Shown here: positions 57,119 to 64,000 of the stretch, in pieces
Layout of the letters: every line of letters starts with the position of its first letter
Position numbering within the stretch: position 1 is the first letter of the stretch
DNA from: Ascoidea asiatica JCM 7603
Lineage: Eukaryota; Fungi; Ascomycota
NCBI GenBank assembly: GCA_001600695.1
Contig: BCKQ01000001.1
Coordinates: 643,520-707,519, forward strand
Reading direction: 5' to 3'
DNA: 64,000 nt
Program-made: the position numbers and the translations under genes
The notes under the pieces: generated by a model
What the model saw: the letters and a program-made list of their open reading frames with translations, nothing else
The model's database searches: none
Told to the model about the DNA's origin: nothing

Positions 57119-57430
57119 TTGTTGCTGTTGTTGTTGTTGTTAATTACAACAAAAGAACTGTTTTGTTCCTTTGTTCTGTTACATTTCTGATGTTGCAAGG
57201 GAAACTTCTGGAGCTTGTTCCCCGCGGGCAGCAAGATCTGGTGCGCATGGTTTCCTCAGAGTGAGATCGTAGTACCGGCAGTGGTAGCAGAATGGATTGT
57301 AGAATGGGTAGCAGAATGGATAAAATTATATTATGGAAAGCAGGCTGTGTGAGCAAGTGAAACCGGTGATAATCGGTGGAATCTGGCGGAGTCTGGTAGA
57401 TTTGTGGATTCTTAAATGGATTCTGGAATG
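56650..57430. promoter_or_regulatory. Large GC-rich island in the divergent promoter between the Grx-like and SKG1-like genes
   Basis: RGAATG/CATTCY (Tec1-type) at 56955, 57049, 57289, 57301, 57313 and 57425; TGAAAC at 57358; ACGCG at about 56708; (GTT)n at about 57088-57141. Confidence 0.5.
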
Positions 57431-58062
57431 GATTGTCGATGAAGTTGACCGAGTTGACCCTTTCATAGTGATAGTAATAGTTTAAGAGTGTGTCTTTAAG
57501 ATTGCTGAAGCAGATTCATTTAACTAAGCCAATAAACGGACCGTATCTTAAATTAAACAGTATGAAAACTGTAAATACATCTAAAAATATAGTTTAATCT
57601 TGGATTTTCTTTGATTTTCCTTAAATTCTCTTCTTTGGGCATTTAAGTTTCTTTTCCTCCTAATTGACTGAATTTCTTTTCTTTTTCGGTCCATTTCCGT
57701 TTCCGTTTCCATATCTAACAATTTCCATGCTTATTTCCATACATATTTCCATACTTATTTCCATATCCAGATCCGTTTCCAATTTCATTTCCTTTCAAAT
57801 CTTTCATTTTAAATTTTACTTCTACACAATTTAATTCAACTGAAATTCAATTAAATATTTTCACTATTATTATTATTATTATTACTATTATTCAATAGAT
57901 TCAATCTATTGGTATCATTTTTAATTTAATTCAATCACTATTAGACAATCAATATTAAAATACTTTCAAATTACTATTAATTTAATAGTAAACTGATAGA
58001 TATATTACATTCGCTTTATATATACATTTTCATTAAAAGTAATTAATAACCTCTATTGAGTT

Positions 58063-58956
58063 ATGGCAGATAATTCATTAGCTGTAGGTCTAGCTGTTGG
58101 AATACCTTCTGCTTTAGTTTTTATTTCATTATTTATTTGGTGGATAAAATCAAATAAATTCTTAAAGAATTACGATAATAATTTATCAAATATAGATTCT
58201 ATTGTGAATAATGATAGTAATATTAATAAAAATAATGATGATATAGAAAAAAACTATATCTCAACCACCGTCAATGATAAAAATATAAACACAGATAACA
58301 ATAATATTAAGAATCCTAAGAAATCTACAAAATATAGAAACTATAGAACATATTATTCTCCCAATGGCAGTAATAATCCTAATCCTAATCCTAATCCTAA
58401 TCCTAATCCTAGCATCAGTATCAACACAAACAGCAACAGCAGCGAGGCAATAAATCCCACCTTCAGCACTTTGTCTCCCTTGAAGGAGTCCTCAGAGACC
58501 AAATCACCAAGCAACAGACTGAGCAGCAAACTCTCCAACAACAACGAATTAACCATCCCCACAGACTCCACACTTTCAACATCATCACTTGATTCCACTT
58601 CCAATGGCACCTCAAATGGAACTTCCAGTGGAAATTCTTTTCCTCGTCACTCCATCAACAATTCCTTTGCCTCGAAACCCCTCAAAAGCACCATCCCCGG
58701 CAGCAATAACAACACAAACAGCACAAATAACACTGCTTTCAATCGCGCTTCTGCCACATCTTCCTTCTATGACACTTTGGTGCCTGTGTTGCCAGATCCA
58801 AACACGTTGTCTCCGAATAATTTAAACAATCTAAGCACTTTAAACATTAACAACGTCACCGATAATCATCATAATCACCATAATCATAACAATCATTCTT
58901 CATTAACAAGAATCTCATTGAACTCTTCATCAGATTTATCCAACTCAATCACTTAA
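58063..58956 (+). CDS. Skg1/Aim20-like single-pass membrane protein
   Basis: N-terminal LAVGLAVGIPS...FIWW signature, S/N-rich tail and SFYDTLVPVLP motif. Confidence 0.6.
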   Translation: MADNSLAVGLAVGIPSALVFISLFIWWIKSNKFLKNYDNNLSNIDSIVNNDSNINKNNDDIEKNYISTTVNDKNINTDNNNIKNPKKSTKYRNYRTYYSPNGSNNPNPNPNPNPNPSISINTNSNSSEAINPTFSTLSPLKESSETKSPSNRLSSKLSNNNELTIPTDSTLSTSSLDSTSNGTSNGTSSGNSFPRHSINNSFASKPLKSTIPGSNNNTNSTNNTAFNRASATSSFYDTLVPVLPDPNTLSPNNLNNLSTLNINNVTDNHHNHHNHNNHSSLTRISLNSSSDLSNSIT

Positions 58957-59356
58957 ATCACTCAAATCACTTGAATTATTCAAATCATATAAAACCATCT
59001 CAATTTCCTACATTTTTATTTCATCTTCTTCTTTTCTCTTTTTTTTTATTCTTTTTTTATTCAATTTTATCTGGTTTTGGTTCTTCTCAAATTGGTTTGT
59101 GCTTTCGTTTGTTACTCCAAGGGGTTTTCTTTCTTTCTTTCATAAAATATTGTTTTTTATTAAAAATTGTCTATTTTCATCATTCATTTAATCTGTTTTT
59201 ATTTCCATAACCATTTCCATTTCATTCTTTCATTTCTCTATTCATTTACATTATTCTTATCAAAAAATGAAATTGACTATAAAGTTATATATATATATAT
59301 ATATATAAACAAATAAATACAAATATCAAAATAAATCCATTTAATATCTCTTTTCT

Positions 59357-60377
59357 TCATTCTTTATCTTTTAGTCTTTTCTTATCTAGTTTTCCTACTT
59401 TGAATACTTTAGAAACTTTATGCACTTTATGTGTTTTACTTTTCTTATCTTTCTTATCTTTCTTATCTTTCTTAAATTTCAATGAATGAAAAATATTCAA
59501 ATTATTCAAATATTTCATTCTTTTAACTTGATTCAATTCAATTTCTTTATCATCTGGATATAAGTAAATAATATTATATGGTGATATTTTCTTAAAACAA
59601 TTCGGACATCTATTAGTTTTTAATTCATCTTTACTAATATTACCAATATTATCAATATCATTAATATCATTAATATTACTCATCTCAATTTGATTTTTAA
59701 TTTTTTTTAAAATTTCTTTACAATCTTCTTTATTTTCACTTTTTTCAAAAAATTTATTATAATTAAAATAATCTTTTTCATCATTATAATTTAAATTTAT
59801 TAAATTTTCTTTAATTATTTTATTTGATAATAAACATCCACATTCAACAAAATAAAAAAATTTAAATTGATTATTTAAATTATTCTCATTTATCATTTCA
59901 TAATTAGATATTGGACATTTAATTTGAATATTTTCTTCTCCATTATTATTATTATCATCATTAGTTTTAATATCATATGATATTCTTAAATTAACTAAAT
60001 CCTTTATTGAATTTAAATGGTTTAAATTTTTTCTTTCTTTAAAATCTTTATTATATCCTTGGTTTTTATCTAATAAATAATTTAATATATTAAATTTATT
60101 ATATAAATTACCTTGGAAATCAGATACCAAATATTTACTTAATTTATCATTTAATAAATAACATTGATTAAATTTATTTATTCTACTATATTTCAATTTT
60201 AAAATTTCATTTTCTTTATTAGTATTACCATTTTTTCCTTCATTTATATCAATTAAATCTGACCTTTTAATTATTGATCCTCCATCATTCTATTAAAATA
60301 TTCCATATTAGTATTTTATTCTTATAGTAAATATTATATATTATATATTATATATTATATATTAAACTTACACCCAT
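59357..60377 (-). CDS. RTF2: Replication termination factor 2 (Rtf2), two exons (60377-60372, 60289-59357), 312 aa
   Basis: Splicing yields the family N-terminus MGNDGGSIIKRSDL. C.L...L...LVSD..GNLYNK, CPIS, CGC, CPNC and a K-rich tail follow. Confidence 0.85.
60290..60371 (-). other. Spliceosomal intron (82 nt) in RTF2
   Basis: GTAAGT donor (60371-60366), TACTAAT branch (60313-60307) and TAG acceptor ending 60290. Splicing restores frame and the conserved motif. Confidence 0.88.
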
Positions 60378-60730
60378 TGTTATTAACTAATGTTATAGAT
60401 TCTATTATATTCCAATATTATTCAATATATAATATATTTATTATCAAGATCACTTTATTTTCAATTTCCGATTAGGTCAAAAATGCAAAAAAAAAAAAAG
60501 AAGCATATTGAAATAGCGTTTTCCGTAGATTTATATTATTCTTCACATTACATTTATTTGCTTTCAAAATTACAACTACAACCTACAAACTACAAATCTC
60601 AATTTAATAATTATCAATAACTAATGAAAAAAAAAAAAAATTTATTTGAAATATAAATTAAATACTAATTACAAGAATATATATGAACTAAGATCAAAGA
60701 GACTAAGAGACTAAGAGACTAACATTATTT

Positions 60731-60952
60731 TTAATTTGAACTTGGATTGGAAATTACTACATTTTCTTTATTTTTTTCTTCTTCAGCTTTGATAAATGCT
60801 TCTAGTTTTCTTTGATTATTTTTACTATTAACAAATATTGTCCAACATGCTCCTCCTGCCATATATAATGATCCTCCAACTAATGTTAAAACTGTTAATC
60901 TATGAGCAACATCAAGTACTTTAGTATACCATGGATATCTACCAACTGCCAT
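60731..60952 (-). CDS. COX14: Cytochrome c oxidase assembly factor Cox14
   Basis: YPWYTKVLDVAHRLTVLTLVGGSLYMAGG closely matches the Cox14 N-terminus/TM. Confidence 0.9.
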   Translation of the reverse strand: MAVGRYPWYTKVLDVAHRLTVLTLVGGSLYMAGGACWTIFVNSKNNQRKLEAFIKAEEEKNKENVVISNPSSN

Positions 60953-61542
60953 TATTCTATTCTTCTATTATATTATATTATATTGATTACTATATTATAT
61001 TATAATATATTGTTATATAATTATTCCTTTTAATGTATTATTGATTTATTGATTTCCTACTATTAAAAACATAATTCTAATGATTAATATATATCATGGA
61101 CTTTCATCGCTTTTCATGGCCTTTGAAATCGAATTCTTCACTTTTAACGTTATCATCCAATTTTTATTCACTTCTGCGTTCTTTTTGCGCTGAGTCAGCA
61201 TTTTTATCAAAGATTAGTAAGCGTGTTTTTTTTTATTTAAAGATAATTTAACATTACTCAATAAAACCATCCTCGGATTTAGTTTTTATAATTTAAAATA
61301 CTTTTACTGAAGAAATTAGTAACTCAAATGTATGTGAAATAAATAATAAATAAAAGTTAATCATTCATTATGGTTATATAGAAATTTTTTAAAATATAAA
61401 AAAAATATGAAACTATATAAATGTGAAGGTGAACAAAATATGAAAAAAATAAAAAAAAAAGTGAATAAAAGAAAACATGATAAAAACATGCAAAAAGATG
61501 AATGAAATAATAAGAATTCAAAATATTCGAAAACTTATTAAT

Positions 61543-62130
61543 TTAAGAAATAGTAATACGACGAACATTTTCAATTTCTTTTTTACCTAATTTTGGAACA
61601 GAAAGAACTAAGACACCATCAGTATATTTAGCAGAGATATGTTCATCATCTAATTTTTCTTCCTTTGGTAAAGCAACAGTTCTTAAAAATGATCCAGTTG
61701 ATCTTTCTTGATATTTAATATTATCTTTAGTTTCTTCTTTATGATTTTCAATCTTTCCAGAAATTGTAACTAAATTATTTTCTTTATTGAAATCAATATT
61801 AATTTTATCTTTTTCAGCACCAGGAATAGATAAATGTAATTCATAATCTTTATCATTACTAATTAAATCAACAGGGGGAATAATATCTTTGAAATCCATA
61901 TTCCAGAGATTATATCCATTATCATCAACATCAGGGAAAAATCCAGAAACTAAAGATCTTGGTTTTTCTTTTTTAACATTAAGAACTTGTTTTCCATTTT
62001 TATTTTCATTTTTACCAATTGCTTTTTTATTTTTGATTTGTTCTCTTGGAAGAGCACGATATAATTCATTTAAACTTTCATCAATACCAGCAGCAAAATC
62101 CCAAAATGGTGAATAAAATAAACCAGACAT
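61543..62130 (-). CDS. Small heat-shock protein (alpha-crystallin/Hsp20, Hsp26-like)
   Basis: SPFWDF N-terminus, PPVDL, IPG, ERSTGSF.RTV.LP, A.Y.DGVL.L.VPK and C-terminal I-x-I (RRITIS). Confidence 0.92.
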   Translation of the reverse strand: MSGLFYSPFWDFAAGIDESLNELYRALPREQIKNKKAIGKNENKNGKQVLNVKKEKPRSLVSGFFPDVDDNGYNLWNMDFKDIIPPVDLISNDKDYELHLSIPGAEKDKINIDFNKENNLVTISGKIENHKEETKDNIKYQERSTGSFLRTVALPKEEKLDDEHISAKYTDGVLVLSVPKLGKKEIENVRRITIS

Positions 62131-62591
62131 TATTAAATTGATATAATATTGATTGAAATTATAGTTTTAAAATAAATTTTATAAGATAAGTAATTGAGTT
62201 TGATATTATAATTTTGATATAATTAGTTAAAATAAATTGAATTGAATTGAATTAAATATTTCATTGAAAATTATTCAAGATTATTTGAAAACATCTTGTC
62301 TTTTTATATTATTTTTCATCAAAGTGAAGTATGATCTTAATATCAATCAAGCTACCATAATCATCAAATCAAAATCGACTCTCAACTATAGCTTTTCTTA
62401 ATTCAATTAAACAAAATTAACAAATAGTTGTTCGATATTTCTCTAAGAGTTTTCCAGCATTTTCTAGAATATGAAAAATTTAATATTTTTATTTGAACAA
62501 AGAATAAAACAATCAGTAATTAAACTTTTTATAGCCTAGAAAAGAAGTCCCGCACTTCTGGGCTCTGAAGCGGAAACTCCCAGAAGCGGGT

Positions 62592-62616
62592 GGAAATTTC
62601 TCGAAGTTTCTGGAAC
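62592..62616. promoter_or_regulatory. Heat-shock element, five perfect alternating nGAAn units
   Basis: gGAAa-tTTCt-cGAAg-tTTCt-gGAAc about 460 bp upstream of the sHSP ATG, plus TTCTAGAA at about 62462. Confidence 0.85.
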
Positions 62617-62880
62617 GTGGCGGGTGCTTTAGTGGCTGGAGGAGGACGTTACGCAATAAAACCATCCTCGGTAACATTATTTGAAAATAACCAGGAGTAA
62701 TTCCAATGACGAATTATTATCTTTTTTGGTTTTAATTTACTAACAAATTTAAAAGGAAATGCTTTGTTTGCAATAATTGAATGTTTTGAAATATGTTTAT
62801 ATATTCCTAAATTTACATATATAAAATATATATTTTTATAAATAAAAATAATTTAAACAAATTTTAAGGAACTTTGAAAC

Positions 62881-63528
62881 TTATAATGTTTTATTCATAA
62901 ATCTTCTCTTGGATAGGGCTAACCAAAATTTATTAGGATGATTAGTGTCTTCTTCATATAAAATTTTTATTAATCTATCTCCTAATTCTTGTCTAAATTG
63001 TTGAATATATCCCCTTATTAAATCATATTCATTTCTATTTTTTGGTCCTTGAAATACTGTATTTAATGGAAAACTTGGTTCTCCAGGTATACTAAAATCT
63101 TCTAAAGCTAAATTATTTAAAATTCTTATAGCTTCAGATTGATTTATATTTTTATTTAATTTATTTAAACATAATGAAACATATAAAATTCCATAAATTA
63201 ATGTACGATCTGAATTTCCTTTAACTTCAAAATTTTTAAAAAATGAATTTGGACGAAATAAATCTAAAATTTCATCTATAATATCATATTCTGAATTATT
63301 TGGATATGATGGTCCTCTAAATTTTGTACGAATTGGTAAAATTGAAAAATTTCCACAAACTCTTGTATTTTCATCTTCTTCTAAAAATGTTGAATGATAT
63401 GCCTGAAACATTATAATCGAGAAATAATTATAATCTAGTTAGTAAAAACAAAGCCTTTAAAAGATAAAATCAATGAAATTCAATGAATACTTCCTTATCT
63501 CCAAAGAGAAATACAAACTTACTGGCAT
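62881..63528 (-). CDS. ARC18: Arp2/3 complex subunit 3 (p21), two exons (63528-63523, 63402-62881), 175 aa
   Basis: Splicing gives canonical MPAYHSTF. LPIRTKFRGP, FRPNSFFKNFEVKG..DR.LIY and KFWLALSKRRFMNK follow. Confidence 0.95.
63403..63522 (-). other. Spliceosomal intron (120 nt) in ARC18
   Basis: GTAAGT donor (63522-63517), TACTAAC branch (63444-63438) and CAG acceptor ending 63403. Confidence 0.92.
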
Positions 63529-64000
63529 CTTGATAAAGGCAATTGATATTGTATTGTAATTGTAAATGTGATTTCAAAGGATATTGTACTATACCACTAA
63601 AATATATTTGATCTTACTTTACTTACAACGTCATTAAAATCATCAATAAGTCAAATCAACTGTCTCTTCTCTTTTCTTCTCTTGTATTTACTGAAATTGC
63701 AATCGCTTTGGAAAAAGGAGAGCTGGCAACGGCGGAGTTTAATTGAGAAAGATGTACCATGCCATGGATTGGGTTTTCGTTTTGACGCGGATCTAAATTA
63801 TCCGGCTATTATATCTTGCGAAAATACGTAATGTTACATTAAAACGATATTTACAATATTTGTGATGAAGAACATCAATAACTTATAATAGTAATTGTTA
63901 TAATTTTTTCATTTTTTAAAATGCATGAAAGAACAGTGAGAATAAATAAAATTAAACAAAACTAAAATCACAATTAAAATTAAAGCTTTTCATCTCTATT

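Noticed and set aside
56651-57356. Short ORFs with poly-Val/poly-Asn, or a possible snRNA
   Set aside because: They derive from the (GTT)n microsatellite and the GC island; no U1/U2/U4/U5/U6 signature was recognised.

Overview
Gene-dense, very AT-rich nuclear DNA from a budding yeast. Saccharomycotina is inferred from the gene set. A velvet gene, RTF2 and GTAAGT/TACTAAT intron signals suggest a lineage outside Saccharomycetaceae, but the species cannot be fixed from sequence alone. There are 22 complete protein-coding genes: YVH1-like, a Lon N-domain-only protein, MTC1, AcrB/NNF2-like, VelB-type velvet, a 1963-aa AT-hook/SIM-rich orphan, a small orphan, IF1-like, VPS9, NGL2/3, ASNSD1/YML096W, DIP5, an NPR/HAL kinase, a type II membrane protein with an ADP-ribosyltransferase-like motif series, ADH, PTP1, a Cys-less Grx6/7-like protein, SKG1-like, RTF2, COX14, a small HSP and ARC18. 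Many are inflated by Asn-rich microsatellite insertions. Two introns missed by the ORF track (RTF2, ARC18) were reconstructed. No rRNA, tRNA, transposon or CRISPR was recognised. The best leads are the putative luminal/ecto ART-fold protein, the stand-alone Lon N-domain gene with a ~1-kb ATG-free leader, the split velvet protein, several degenerate 'pseudo' paralogues, a 26-bp direct repeat bracketing the sHSP gene and a 6.8-kb gene-free region. All family assignments come from recalled motifs, not database searches.
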